NCBI GenBank assembly: GCA_009103225.1
Contig: RHPI01002069.1
Location: forward strand, 1,760,846-1,824,845
Direction of reading: 5' to 3'
DNA length: 64,000 nt
From: Chlorokybus atmophyticus
Taxonomy: Eukaryota > Plantae > Mesostigma and Chlorokybus algae
The notes under the pieces were generated by a model that had not been told where the DNA came from, did not search any database, and saw nothing but the letters and a program-made list of their open reading frames with translations. Of the stretch, positions 36,684-49,600 are shown piece after piece; within the stretch, counting starts at the first letter, position 1; each line of letters begins with the position of its first letter. Both the position numbers and the translations under genes were made by a program.

Positions 36684-37886
36684 CGCTTGCCAGCCAATGT
36701 GTACAATGAAACTTCAATAACTGGTCCTGGCATCTCACGTACAGTACGTCAAGGTGCAGTCTCCTGTGCTTCCAGCATCGTTTGGTCTCATTCACTGTGA
36801 TTGTGGGATTACATATAACCCCACATGGAAAAGATGCAGTGCTTCATACTCCCATGCTCAGTGCCACACACATACACTCACCTGAACAGATGCACTACCC
36901 CAATGTATTCCTTGCACATTGTCTCGCGCATATCCTGTACAATATGGTCTGGTTTGGGTTGGCGCACACAATAAGGTAGATGTGCTCGTAACAAGTGATG
37001 ATCGCTTGCAGCAGGTGGCAGTACCAGCGGGTAATGTTAGTGTTGGTTTGCAGTCATCCACAAACTGCTGGCAACCTACAGTTTGTGGATTGCGGTTGTC
37101 ATTCCATGGTTTGCCCCCCCCCGCCCTGCAACTTTTTTTTACATGAAGGACTGCCTTGGTCCATACTGTCAACAGTTCGCTGTACGCTGTTAAGGCCACG
37201 CACAGCCATAGGTTTGGTGTGGGCCAATGCATGACTTCGGGGCTAGACTTGCAGCTGACCCTGAGGTATGATTTGCCTGTAGTTAATCAATCTGTCATCA
37301 AGGGTATTGAATGCGCACATAAGATTACAAGGTAGTGCAAAGGCTATGCCGTAAGAATGCACAAGCATCCAACATTGCTTAACTACAGGCTGGATTGAGC
37401 TCTGACAGGTTGTGCTACGCTATGCTCCACGCAGCTAGCCGCGTTGATGGTAAGCTGCGTAGCTGCAGCGAGTAAGTGTAAAGCCTGGTGGTCTTGAGTG
37501 TGTGTGTGTGAGCATGCTGAGGTGCTGCGATGGACTGCCGTATGCCGTGTGGCAGCGACTTCACTTGCATATGCGTTATGTAGCTTGCATCTTTTGTACT
37601 CGTGAGCGCATGTAGCTGCAACGCCCACCCGCCGATAGCGCGCGGCTTGCTCCACACAACCATAGCCACAGCCAACCCACATACATGCGTACATCTCCAC
37701 CTACAGCCTGTGGCCATCGTCCTTGTTGTTGTTGTTGTTGTTGATATAGCAAGCATTGCCGCCACAGCAATGACAGATAATTCAACCAACAGGAATTGTC
37801 TCCTGCATTGGTCTGGGTGTATATTCAGCGTTGACATGACCCAGGTCAGTGCAACAAACCATACGCAGCCGCGGTTACAAAGCCGA

Positions 37887-39918
37887 CTACAATCCCACAG
37901 TGGTTTTCAGCAGATAGTCCAACGAGCTGCGACCTGCTTCGCACGATATCTGCAGCTCTGCTTTCATAACCATTAAACCCACAGGGCCAAGCAGTTCTTC
38001 AAGGAGTTCCGGACACCTCCAATAGTCCTGACACAGCGCAATGAAGCCGTCGCACATGCAGCCGAGTGCTCGTCGTCATCAATTGCGACTTTGCATGAAT
38101 GATTTGGCTCAGCCAGTAGGTTACCTTCTCTGTGGTCATCAACAACACGCGCTTTGCTTTGACTGATGTAGGACGCTTTGTGTACTGCTCTCGCACCCAA
38201 AGAAGTTCCTATGCAGTGGCCATACGCAAATAAACATGGGTTTGTCACACGAGCTGCTGCACTCTTTGACATTTGTATTGGCGGCTCAGTACCTCCTTGT
38301 TGAAACAGTGGTGGTCCCCAAAGTCACAAACAACGGTCTCAATAGCTCCCATCTACAACAAGCATCATCAGCTGCCGCAAGTTCCATCAAGTCTCTCTTG
38401 CAGTCAACATACAAATAAATCTCTTTAACGTACTTGCAAAAGCATCGCCTCCAGCGCCTTTGGACTGCCTATGCCACATACGCACATGGTAATGGAGCCC
38501 GACACAATATGAGGATCCAACGTCTGCGAGGTTGTAGAAACCTCTCTTACGAATGTGTGGGTATCGCCACTGGTTGGCATGGTTCTTGTCGGCTGCATTG
38601 CGCCAACAGGCACGAGCGACACAACAGTCATGCAGGACTCCACAATGCGAACTCCTGGCGACAAAAGGCTCTTCAGGTCGCTCTTGATTGAAGTCAAGCG
38701 CTTATTTTCCACCTGTCAACAACATGTGTTCTCGCAGTCAGGATTGACAACACATTGGGGAGAGCTAAAAAAAGCAGCAAAGTTCCTTACCAGGTTCGCA
38801 TGGTGCAAAAGCACCATGTTGGCGCGTGTCAATACTGAAAGCGGCTCGCGTAAAGGGCCGCGTGGAATCAGCGCTCGGTTGCCAAATGGTGTCAATGCGT
38901 TCACCATCACCACTTCCAAGTTGCGGTGCAAACGCATATGCTGCATCAGCCAGCTGTCAGTTCATGCACTTAGCGTGGTGAGGAAAACTGGTCACCATCA
39001 CGTGCACCTACCTGAAAGCCATCATCCAGGATGGCAACATGCATTGATGGGGACACTTGACTTTTGCTACCACAGTCAGCGTGAAAGCCCGTCTGCAGCG
39101 CTGTGCCTTGCTGTCTAAGCAGCTTGCTGGCAATGGCGTAGCGGTCAGCACCAATGCCAACTGCAACACCTGCATTGCCCAGGGGGCAAACAACCTAACA
39201 TTTGATGCGACAGACGCACACATCACATATACAAGACTTACCTGCATTCTGCAAGCGATGTTGCAGCTCCATTGCCTCATCACCACCAGCATAACCCTGG
39301 CGCGATATTGCTAAGCTATATGCAGCTGCAAAGCACAAGCAACAAGAGGACGCCTGAAAGTTGCCAAACCTCTATGTCCCGTGCGACTGCCCTTCCCTAC
39401 CCTAGTAAGTATGATTGGTCGGGTGCTAATCGCAAGTAATCGTCTTGCAATGTACTCCGTCATGGGAGTCTTTCCAGTCCCGCCCCATGTCAGGTTGCCG
39501 ACACTTATGACTGGGATGGGGAGTCTGCATGTTTGTGCAAGGGTTAGTTGAAGTCCAGCGTGTGAGTGGTTGAGACTTGCAGTCAGCCTGAGTGTACCTG
39601 CTTTGCTTCAACAGCCCATGTTCATACGCCCAACGCCTGAAGCAGCATGCTTTTATGTAAGTTGAACAACGTGGCATGCATGAGCATATGCTCAAGTACA
39701 TCCACTTGCACAGAATCAAGATGAACAATGCTTGCATCACTGGTGTCCTTGCATGTGCCAAATGCCTTTCCACACAAGCAGCACAGTGTCACACACCTGA
39801 TGCTGACAATGCCGCCATAGACTGCCGCTGCAACAGAGAGGAAAGGGCGCGAGGATGTGTCTTGAGCAACATTTTGGAAATACACCTTCCAGTTGTGCGT
39901 GGGAATTTTAATTCCCAT
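37887..39918 (-). CDS. lpxK: Tetraacyldisaccharide 4'-kinase (lipid A pathway)
   Basis: PVISVGNLTWGGTGKTP (P-loop), RGYAGGDE, AILDDGFQHMRLHRNLEVV, LIPRGPLREPL, CGIGSP, FGDHHCF, LMTTEK|DY. The exons join with GT-AG sites and the stop is at 37887. Confidence 0.92.
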
Positions 39919-40228
39919 ACCTTTCCACAACCGCAAGCACTAAGTGGCGCAATTATTGATATGAACAGTTGGTGATAGGGCGTTATTGGTTTGCTGCAGC
40001 TCCCTGAGCTGCCACGACAGCACTCGACTTATGTGAAGACTGCGATGAAGAAGAAGCCTCTTTCACTCCTTGCAGTATGCTTGCAGCGGAGGGCAACATG
40101 GCCACACTATCATAAAACAAAAGCCATCAGATCACCCGAGTATTGCTCAACAATCGCATGTGGTGACTGGATCAAACAATGCACGCATGCGCTGAACCCA
40201 CCTTTTCAAAGCGTCGTCCATGGCAGCG

Positions 40229-41113
40229 TCAAGACTGATTAGCAAAGCCGGCATCCTCTGCAGGCGCTGCGTCACGCATGCTGTTGAGTAATGCTAATGC
40301 ACAAGTAGTGTACAGCTCATTCTGCACACGGTAAGTAGATCCTCAGGCTTACCGCTTCGGTGCCCAGTATGCGAGGCTCTTTTGCTGCCAGCGCTTTTGA
40401 TAGCCTGCTCACCTCCTGGCAAAGCAGTCACAGCTGTTGGGTCAAGCATGCACTCCATGCTCAGCGCAAGCTGTGCATTGGCTATATTGGACAAGTGGTT
40501 CACTACCAAGTGGTGAGCGCAGACAAAAGATTGGTTGGCATGCATAGTCTTGTTGTGTGTGGCAAGTTCTACAGCGACGATTGGCAGCACCAGAAGTTGA
40601 CAATGCAAGCATGCAGGCAGGCATGGTTGAACCACACTATTCTACTGCACCGGTACTCAACCACTGCATGGTTGGCCAGTGCAGACACACTGTCTGCTGC
40701 ATTGTATAAAGCAGGCAACATTCAACATTCAAACTCGGACAGGACAGGATAGAATGACCAAGCAGCATGCGCATGACACAATGCAGCCAAACCACGTGCA
40801 TGTGGACAACACAGGAGCACGGCAATCAGCCAGGTTCTACAATAGCCATGCCAACAACACAAATCCATCACATTGCTTGTCTCTACAGAGGCTTTTGACA
40901 ACTTGCTGCTCGAAAACCCAACACAAACACATGCGCACAACAACCACCAGCAGCTCGCCCAACCTCCGTGCCGCTCTGCTTGACCAGCTCCCGCGCGAGC
41001 TTCGCGGCGTTGTCCACGCAGTCCGTGGCCGACTCCGCAAGCTGCTTCTTCAGCGCCTTGCCCGGGTCCGCCGAGCCGCCTACCCCGCCGCCGCCGACGC
41101 CAAAGCCCTCCAT
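40229..41113 (-). CDS. Small coiled-coil protein, possibly BORCS7-like; internal exon structure uncertain
   Basis: GC-rich first exon MEGFG...ALKKQLAESATDCVDNAAKLARELVKQSGTE with a GT donor. Downstream candidate exons LSKALAAKEPRILGTEA and ALLNSMRDAAPAEDAGFANQS*. The resemblance to BORCS7 is recalled, not searched. Confidence 0.4.
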
Positions 41114-41779
41114 GCCAAGTCAAGCCCTCAACCAAGCCACAAATCTTCAGGCAGGACTCGGAAAAAGCTTTGACAGCGTAAGCAATTGTCCCAGAACGGG
41201 TCGTGTAGCAGTACTGCGCTGTTCCTACGTCGGGTTTGCGTCCTGACCTGTGTCAGAGTTGACTGTGGAGCCGTGCAGACGGAACATCAAAGTGCAACAA
41301 AACAGTGCAACGAGCTGCGTGTGAGGCCACTGCGAGGCTTGGCAAGGTCGTTTGTCGTCAAGCGGCGGCGGTGGTAGTTGGAAACGGCGGGGTCAAGGCT
41401 GCTGGCCTAGCTGTTGTTGGTCAGGTCCACGTTGAGGTTGGTGAACTTGACTCACGCTTTGCTTGGCGTGTTGCTTTTTCCTGTGCGCAGCCTTGGACGC
41501 TGCCTGACCAGCCTTGAAGTTGTCTCAGCTGCTTTCTTGGGACTGTCAGCCTTGGCCTGGTCTGGTTGCATGATGGCATGATGCGTGGTATTGTCAGTGC
41601 ATCTCTGTCGCATGCAAACTTGGGGCCACTCAGCAAGCTTGCTGCTGTTGTTGGCCAGAATGTCGCCTTGGGATTGACAGTTGTGCATGGTCTGTGTTGG
41701 CCACTTCAGCACAGCTGTTCGAACATATGCGTGTATGATACCGTTTTGTTGACAAGCGCTGGTTGCTTGCAGCCAAACA

Positions 41780-43913
41780 ATGGCGCGTAAGGTTGCTGCG
41801 GCGTTGCTCTTGGTGTTTGCCACGCTGCTCGTTGCTGGTGCTGCTGGGGCGAAGAGCAACAGCAACTCGGCGGTGCTTGTGCTGGACGCCGATAACTTTG
41901 ACGAAACTGTCGCCAACGAGAAGCATCTTGTTGTGGAGTTCTACGCACCATGGTGCGGCCACTGCAAGAAGCTGGAGCCTGAGGTGAGCAGTGCTTGGCA
42001 GGTGGTGTTGCAGTATGTGCCTTGTGTCGATTGCATGCTTGCAACTTTCTTCGCAAGGATATGGTATTTCAGAAAGCACTAGCAAGCTCTACCTGTTGTA
42101 CTGCATATGCAATAACGCACTACCTAGATGTCATCAGCAGTGTCGGATGCTAAAGGCATTGTGACCGGCAACAATTGCATGCATGCAAAGATCCTGATTT
42201 TGACTTCGCACACATGACTGCATAGCTTGCCCCAGGTTGAGTGCGCTCAGTGCGCTCAGTTCTTGACTTATGTGCATGTGCTGCATGCTAACAAAGGGTT
42301 CGTGCTGGGACACAGTGGGAGAAGGCTGCCAAGGAGCTGAAGAAGCTTGACCCACCCGTCGTTCTCGCAAAGGTAACAAGCACACGGTGGCTTGGCTAAG
42401 CACTCACATCTGCAAGCGTTGCCACATGCCCAAACATCCTGGCTTCCCTGTCCGTAGGTGGATGCAGACAACGAGAAGAACAAGCCCCTGGCACAGAAGT
42501 TTGGCATCCGCGGCTTCCCAACCATCAAGACCTTCTTCAACGGGAAGTCCAAGGACTACGAAGGCCCGCGGGAGTCTGAGGGCATAATCAACTATTTCAA
42601 GAAGCTTGTTGGTCCTGCGAGTAAAGAGATCAACTCCGCAGAGCAGTCCCAGGAACTCATTGACTCTGGCGATGTTGTTGTGGTACGACAGACTTCGCAT
42701 GATATTACTACTACTTGCAAGCACAAGTACTTTTCCATGCAATGCATGCTGTTGTGACCAGTATTTATCTTTCACCTGCATGGTGTGTTGTTATGATTAT
42801 CTTTTATTCTCAGATTGGAGTTTTTGAGTCTGAGGCCAGCCCTGAATTTGTGGCGTTCATGGATGCGGCTGACGGCTTGCGTGAGGAGATTGTCTTCGCT
42901 CATACCACAGACGCAACCCTGCTGCCAGAGAACCTCAGCGCCGCAACCCCGTCGCTCCATCTGTTCAAGCCTTGGGATGACAACTACAAGGCGCATGAGG
43001 TGCGTAATCAATGTGGTCCTATGCTTGCATGCTGCATGTGCTTTCCTTCTTGTTTTGTGCATTATTGCTGATCGCGACATGCATGCACTTCAAGGGAGAG
43101 TTCACTGTGAGCGTTATTGAAGCCTTCATCACCGACAACACGGAGCCGAAGCTTCCTGACCTCAACGGAGGCGACATTGAGCGCAGGTTCCTGCGCAAGC
43201 TGTTTGAGCAGAAGGAGAAGACGCCGAAAGTGTTTGCATTTGGCGACTTCAAGTCCGAAGATTGGCCTGCATTTGAGGAGGAAGTCAGAGCAGCTGCAGA
43301 CAAGTTCAAGGATGACTTTGCGTTCATCAAAGCGGATGCCACAGCCAGCAAAGGCGCCGCAGACTGGTTTGGCCTCAAGGGTCCCATGCCGTGCATCGCG
43401 GTGCACATGGTTGAGGCCAACACCAAGTTCACGCTGTGCGATGCAGCAGGCAAAGTGGAGTCTTTCTTGGGTGACGTGAAGGACGGCAAGGTCGAGCCCA
43501 CGTACAAGTCGGCGGAGGTGCCTGCCGACGAGGCTGCCGATGCCCCCGTCAAGACCATCGTCGGCAAGACCTTCAACGACGTGGTTTTCTCCGGCAAGGA
43601 CGTGTTGATCGAGTTCTACGCGCCGTGGTGCGGACACTGCAAGAAGCTCGCGCCCACGTACGAGGAGGTCGGCAAGCACTTTGGTGATGACGATGGCGTG
43701 GTCGTCGCCAAGATGGACGCCACTGAGAACGACGTCCCGAGCAACAAGTTTGATGTACGTGGCTTCCCCACAATCAACTTCATCAAGGGTGCCACCGGCG
43801 AGGTGCTCACCTACAACGGCGAGCGCGACAAGGACAGCATGGTGGACTACATCAATGAGCAAAGGAGCTCAGCTGGTGCCTCGTCAAGCGGTTCAACCAA
43901 AGATGAGCTGTAG
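41780..43913 (+). CDS. PDI: Protein disulfide isomerase (a-b-b'-a', ER-retained)
   Basis: Signal peptide, two [12 protein letters not shown] active sites, GFPTIK/GFPTIN motifs and C-terminal KDEL. Confidence 0.97.
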
Positions 43914-44628
43914 TTGGGCTCGCTGTACATAGGCTTGCGCGGGGTGGTCTGTTGTGCGCTTTTCCTGTTGAGGAGATTGGCAGAGTCTTTTTGTGTATGA
44001 GTGTTAGAAGAAGTTGTTGAGGTCAGGTGTGGGTGTGGGCAGTGTCTGTGGGAGACACTGGGGTGTTTGGACTTGGGTTACAATCTGCGTGCTTGAAATT
44101 GTGGAGCCCTTTTTTCGAATTTTGAAACATCGGATCGGTGCAGCATGTTGGCTGTCATTGTTGCACCTTAGATTGTTACCGTAAGTTACCAACTCCAGTG
44201 GTATTCCGTTCTCACCTATACAGTCTTGTCTACTAACTGGCCTGCCAACCTTACGCTGTGTACAGGATGTATGACGTGCTATTGTGCGATGAGGGATGCA
44301 TGAGCAGAGATCGGGTTAAAAGTGGACAAAATGACAGTGCAGACATGTCAGTGCGAATGTTGCTGCCAGCAGGGCACCAGCACCAGCACCAGCACGTCAT
44401 GTATCCTGTACGCGTGAAGGTTGATGCATCTTGATAATATTAAGGACAGTATCTGATGGTATAATCGAGTATCATATTAAATTGTGGCATGTTGTATACC
44501 ATGGTAGTAGTGCAGTTCAAGCAAGAAAAACGTTTTCCCCCCATGCCGCCCAGCCAGCCAAAACCCCGAAAATAGCGCATCGATCTGCTGTAAGTGCCTT
44601 GTGTGATTGTGCGCGGGCGTCGCCCTCC

Positions 44629-46250
44629 ATGGTGGGCGGCGGCGGCGGCGAGGAGGAGGAGGACGGGGAGGAGGATGTGGCGGATGGGGAGGAGGGGGAC
44701 ATTGAGATCAGCCATAGGCGAGGCAGAGGGAGCTTGAGTGAGCGGCAGGCCCGCGCCCTAATGCTGCACCGGGTGGTCCACATCCGCCGCAGCGCCTGCC
44801 TGCCTCCTGGATGGCGCATGACATACTTGGACACGCCCATTCTTTGCTTCAAGGTCAGTTTATCTGTCAGTCTGTGTGCGTGGTGGTTGGGGAAAGGGAA
44901 CGCAACATGGACTTTTCCCGGACGCACAAGGCAGCCTCAACAACGAATTGGGTCTTAGCACATTCCGGTTTTGTTTCCTCTTTGGTTGGGTCGTGATGTG
45001 TGTTGACACGCACGAAGACTTTATCACCTGCTGGGATGTTTACTCCCGACTATGGCACTCTGTCCATTGTCAAGTCTGTCACTTGGATAGAAGATCTTCG
45101 TGTACTACAACTTGTGTTGGCTGCTTGCCTGAGCCAGCGGCAACGGACCGATGTAGTAGTGTGAGCGAGTGCTTGAGCAGCAGTTGCATGCATTGCCGCA
45201 ATGTTGTCTGTGCTTTCTGCGTGCGCTTTGCGCAACTGTGCGTGAGTCGAACAAGAGTCAAGTCAGTAACAACAGGCGCAAGCAGACGAGTGAGCGCAAC
45301 AGATACGGAGTGCAACGGCAGCACTAACCGCCAGCATGTTGATGTGTGTGTGTTATGCAGGCAGTGGCGGTGAGCGAGCGCAGTCTGGTGTCCATATACG
45401 ACGGCGCGACATCATATCGCCTGAGCGCCGTCACGCGCGCCGGACGCGGCACCGGCGGCGACGGGGCGGCGTGGCCGCCGCTCGATGCCGCGCTCTTCGT
45501 GTACCGAACGCAAGAGGCGGTGAGTGCAGTGCAGTTGTGCGTGTTGAGATTGTGCGTGCGCGTGTGCGTGCATGTGCATGTGCTTGTACTCGCACACATG
45601 TACATGTATGTAGTCGTGTGCGGGTAACACATACGCCGTATGTGTGCTTGCTGATATGTTATCGCACACACGCACACTGCATGCAGTATGCATGTGCGCA
45701 ATATGTGTGAGAAACAAACGCAATGCGCGTGCACGAACACACTACACGCTCGCATGCGCGCACGCGCGTACGTGCGCACTTGTCTGGTGCGACTGTGTCG
45801 TACGCTTATTCTGCAGGCGTAATTGTACTCGGTAGCTAGCTGTTTTGCCTGGGTGTGTACTCACCCACGCAATGCAGTTGGCACGTCCACATCCCCGCCT
45901 CACCCNNNNNNNNNNNNNNNNNNNNNNNNNNNNNNNNNNNNNNNNNNNNNNNNNNNNNNNNNNNNNNNNNNNNNNNNNNNNNNNNNNNNNNNNNNNNNNN
46001 NNNNNNNNNNNNNNNNNNNNNNNNNNNNNNNNNNNNNNNNNNNNNNNNNNNNNNNNNNNNNNNNNNNGTGTCGCCCCCCCCGGTCCAGGCCATGAATGCG
46101 GCTTTCCCGTCGCGCAGCAAGCGTCTCCAATCCCCGCGCGTGCTGCTAAGTGTGTCCGTGCGGGGATGCGCGTACGAGCGGGGGGAGGAGTGCAAACTCG
46201 CGGTGGGGGCGATTAGAGTCGAACGTATCATACCGTGCGACATGACATGA
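44629..46250 (+). CDS. Uncharacterised protein (3+ exons, spans an N gap; 5' end uncertain)
   Basis: High-GC exons with splice sites: ...TPILCFK | AVAVSERSLVSIYDGATSYRL...LFVYRTQEA | ...AMNAAFPSRSKRLQSPRVLLSV...KLAVGAIRVERIIPCDMT*. Confidence 0.6.
45906..46067. other. Assembly gap (N run)
   Basis: 162 consecutive N. Confidence 0.99.
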
Positions 46251-47049
46251 GGAGTAGTAGATGTTGGGTGGCCGCTACATTATCCGCTGACTGGTGTTTC
46301 TGTATATAGATGTTAAATGTGTATTCTACAATAGGCCACGCTATGTTGTTCTAAATTGGCATATGAGTAAGCCATGCCTGGCTGTAGTTGTGACGATGCT
46401 ACTCCGCTTGGTGTCTCTCTTCATGTTCACACGTAAAAGACTGCCGCTGCTTTTTGCTGCATAGCGCAAGCTTGCCGATTGTACATCGCACATGTGCAGC
46501 GTGCCTCCTCCGCAGCAGAGCCTAGCAGTTGTGAGGCACTTTGTCCTTAATATATGTACCATATGTGACATATGTGTGTTGTTTGCAACAGCTGCATTGA
46601 GCCAGATTGATGGCATTCGCAGTCAGGTCTCAACTGAACGCGATGATAGTGTTGACGTTGTCCACGATTATGATGGTTCACAGTCTCCTTGAAATAGCGG
46701 TCAGATGCATGTTGCTGGCTTGTGATTGATGCCAAGTACTGCAGCCTTGGTAAGCTACTTGGTGCAACTATCCACCGAAAGACAACGACGACGAGCATTG
46801 TCCTGATACTTCGCATGTGGGGGTTGTCCTTGCCCTCACCCGCTCTCTCACAAAAACCCTCCACACCACCCCCGCTGCAGTACACAGATCCTGCACATGA
46901 AAAACTGCACATGAAAAACTGCGCATCAACCACTACAGCAAGCCAGTACGCAGTGACATCGTCCGAGCAGCAACTCACTGCTGAGGTCATCATCACTGTG
47001 TGTGGTATCGCGTATCGTTGGATTGGATGATAGGGCGCGTCCAGTAGCA

Positions 47050-49600
47050 AGTGAGTGAGTGAACTAACAACTTCTGTTGGATTGAACTAGGCCCTAGTCT
47101 TGTGAATGAAGAGTTACCGCCTCGGTGACTCTCAGAGCTTGACCACACTTGCTGGTGGCGCTGGAAGTTTGCACGGAGTTGAGTCGATTGGTAGGTGAGG
47201 CGGTTGTGGAGAGCAGCAGCGGCGTTGAAGTTTGTGTCTGCGTTAACGACAAGGTTTGCAAGGTGGGGTAAGCGTGAAGTGAACGAGATACACTTGTGTG
47301 CTGCGGAAAGTTTGTAGCATGCGCTGCGAGTATTGTGCAGCCACCCTCATCGTGCACACATCCGTGCATGCATGCATGGGTGCGAGTGAATCGTGTGGTG
47401 TGATGGTAGGCATGCATGCATATACAAGCAACCATCAAAGCTGGTGACTCTTTTCAAGGAGCTGTTAGACTCTTGCACACGTACATGCGTGCATGCACAT
47501 GTATATACACGAGAGAGCATATATGTGTGCGTGCATGCAAGCATCAGGCAGGCCTGCTTGCTGCTTTGGCCCGTAATCTCAACTGCCGGATTCTAACAAC
47601 CCAACCTATCCTACGCCAGCAACGCAGTCACCGTTGCTCAGTCACCCTCACGGAGGTTTCAATCTAAACATCACTGATTCCCCAACTCATCCCCCCACTC
47701 CCTCCCTGGCAGGTGCCTGTCTTCCCCAACCCAACCCAACCCAACCCAACAACCCTCCGTGCTCCACACCACCACCACCTACCACGCCATGGCTTCCGCT
47801 GTTTCCGCGTGGGACGACGACGACTACGACTCCTCCTCCCCTTCCTTCCCCCACCCCTTGCCGGAGCTGGCCCTCCCCATGCCGGAGGTCGAGGAGGCGG
47901 CCAGGCGCGTCTGGGCGGCGCGGGCCGAGTCGCTGAAAGGAGCCGTGTACGCCACGGGGGTCTTTGCCGCGGTGGCGCCGGGGGTGCTCGTGGAGATACC
48001 GAGCAAGGTGGGTGGGGTGGAGTGGGCTACACATACGGACTCTGTGCGTGTGCGTGCGTGTCGGCATGCGAGCATGCACGCATGTGCATAAGCGCGTATG
48101 TATGTGTGTACATGTGTATACACGCGCACGTGTGTGTGCGCGTGTGTACGCGTGCATGTGACGCGTATTCGTGTACATGCGCGCATGCGTGGGTACACGT
48201 GCGCTTCTTACCTATCTATCTGTGTATACGTACACGTGCTCACACACAGACACACGCACGCCTATATATTTGTGCATCAAGACAGCGACAATGACGCCAA
48301 GAGTCGTGCATCTCCCTTCTTGCATTGCGACTGTAAACTACTACTGACAGTTTTCTCTCCTTTCTCCCTCCGCTCTCTATGACCACCAGTCTTTCCCCCT
48401 CCGCCTGGTGTCCCTCCTCCCCCTCCGCCCCGGCCTCCACGCCCCGATCGTCCACGCCTTCCTGTTCGGCTCTACCGTCTACACGTGGGAGCGGTGGCGG
48501 CGACGTCGCGCGGGGCTGGAGATGGGAGGGAAAGAGGAGGGGGAGGGGGTGGGGGTGGCGAGGACGGTGGGGTATGGAGGGGCGGTGTGAGAGTGTTGGG
48601 GAGGGGAGTGGTGTGTGTGTGGAAGCAGAGTGGTGTGGCCCGCACACGCACACACGCCGTGTGGACGGGTGTGCGAGCGCGCGTGTGTAGTGATGTTGGA
48701 GCGAGAGATGATTGTTTGTGTATAGGCAGTAGTAGTAGACTGACACTGCGTTTCTCTCATGCCCTCCAACGTCTGTATGCAGGGAGCAGCAGCGTGTGCG
48801 CGTGTTGCGCTTGCATGCGCGGGCAACCGTTTGTGTCCATCGCGTCGATGTACGTATGAACCCACACAGGGGCTGGTGTGTGACTCCAGTTGACAACACA
48901 ATAGAATGTAATACTAACAGGAAGACTAGTCCTGAAACACACACAACCACGTGTGGCTCAAACCCATGGGGAACGTTGTTTACACAGCCGCACACGTACA
49001 AACAAGCATGCATGCGTGTGTGCGCGCGCGCCGCACAGCATGCATGCGTGCATGGACACACATGTGCACTCCCACACGCACACACGCGTGCACGCACGCC
49101 GAGGAGGACTCGTAGTCTCTCTCTCTCTCTCTCTCTCTCTCCTAGTGCAGTAGTTGACGCCATGTGCTTGGTGTGGGGATGTGGGGGTGTGGGGTTGTGG
49201 GGGTTTGAGTTGAGTTGGTTCTGAGGCTTTTTATGTGAGAGTGAGAGAATAGCTCCCTGAGTGAGTGGGTTGGTGGGTGGGTTAGTCAATCAGTGATGTA
49301 CTGAGAGTGACTGGGGAACGGTAACTGCTTGCTTGCTTGCCTGATAGTTTGGTTGGTGAGACTCTTGCAGGCAGTGAGAACTCCGTACCAAGGAGCAAAG
49401 CAGGCAGGCTTGGAGCTTGCATGCAACAGTCCAAGCAGCTCGCCGACAAGACCTACCAGCTTTGATGATCGCTTGTTTACTCACTCAAACACAACTTCCA
49501 CATTCCAGCGCCCGTCCAATCTGGTCAAGCTCTCAGAGAGGCACCGAGTCACCAACCTGGTCACATCACTCACACAAGAGCAGCATTCGTTCACTCACGG
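47050..49600. repeat. Diverged inverted duplication (arms ~47050-47840 and ~49105-49600)
   Basis: Colinear blocks between the plus-strand left arm and the reverse complement of the right arm, e.g. CTCGGTG.CTCT..GAGCTTGACCA, ACAAGC..CATCAAAGCTGGT, CAGT.ACCGTT..CAGTCAC.CTCA, ACATCACTGATT, ATGGC.TC...GACTACGA.TCCTCCTC. Confidence 0.75.
47789..48590 (+). CDS. Small two-TM protein, DUF3339-like (2 exons)
   Basis: MASAVSAWDDDD...AVYATGVFAAVAPGVLVEIPSK | SFPLRLVSLLPLRPGLHAPIVHAFLFGSTVYTW...*. The pattern F..(L/V)(S/A)PG(L/V)L..(L/I)P...VH...F resembles DUF3339 (recalled, not searched). Confidence 0.5.

Noticed and set aside
24605-39918. Run of genes with bacterial homologs (YrdC, CrcB/FEX, cis-prenyltransferase, esterase, LpxK) suggesting a transferred operon
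   Set aside because: All are intron-containing, in mixed orientation, and (except possibly the esterase) belong to families standard in plants and algae. FEX is the eukaryotic two-domain form and the prenyltransferase is DHDDS-type.
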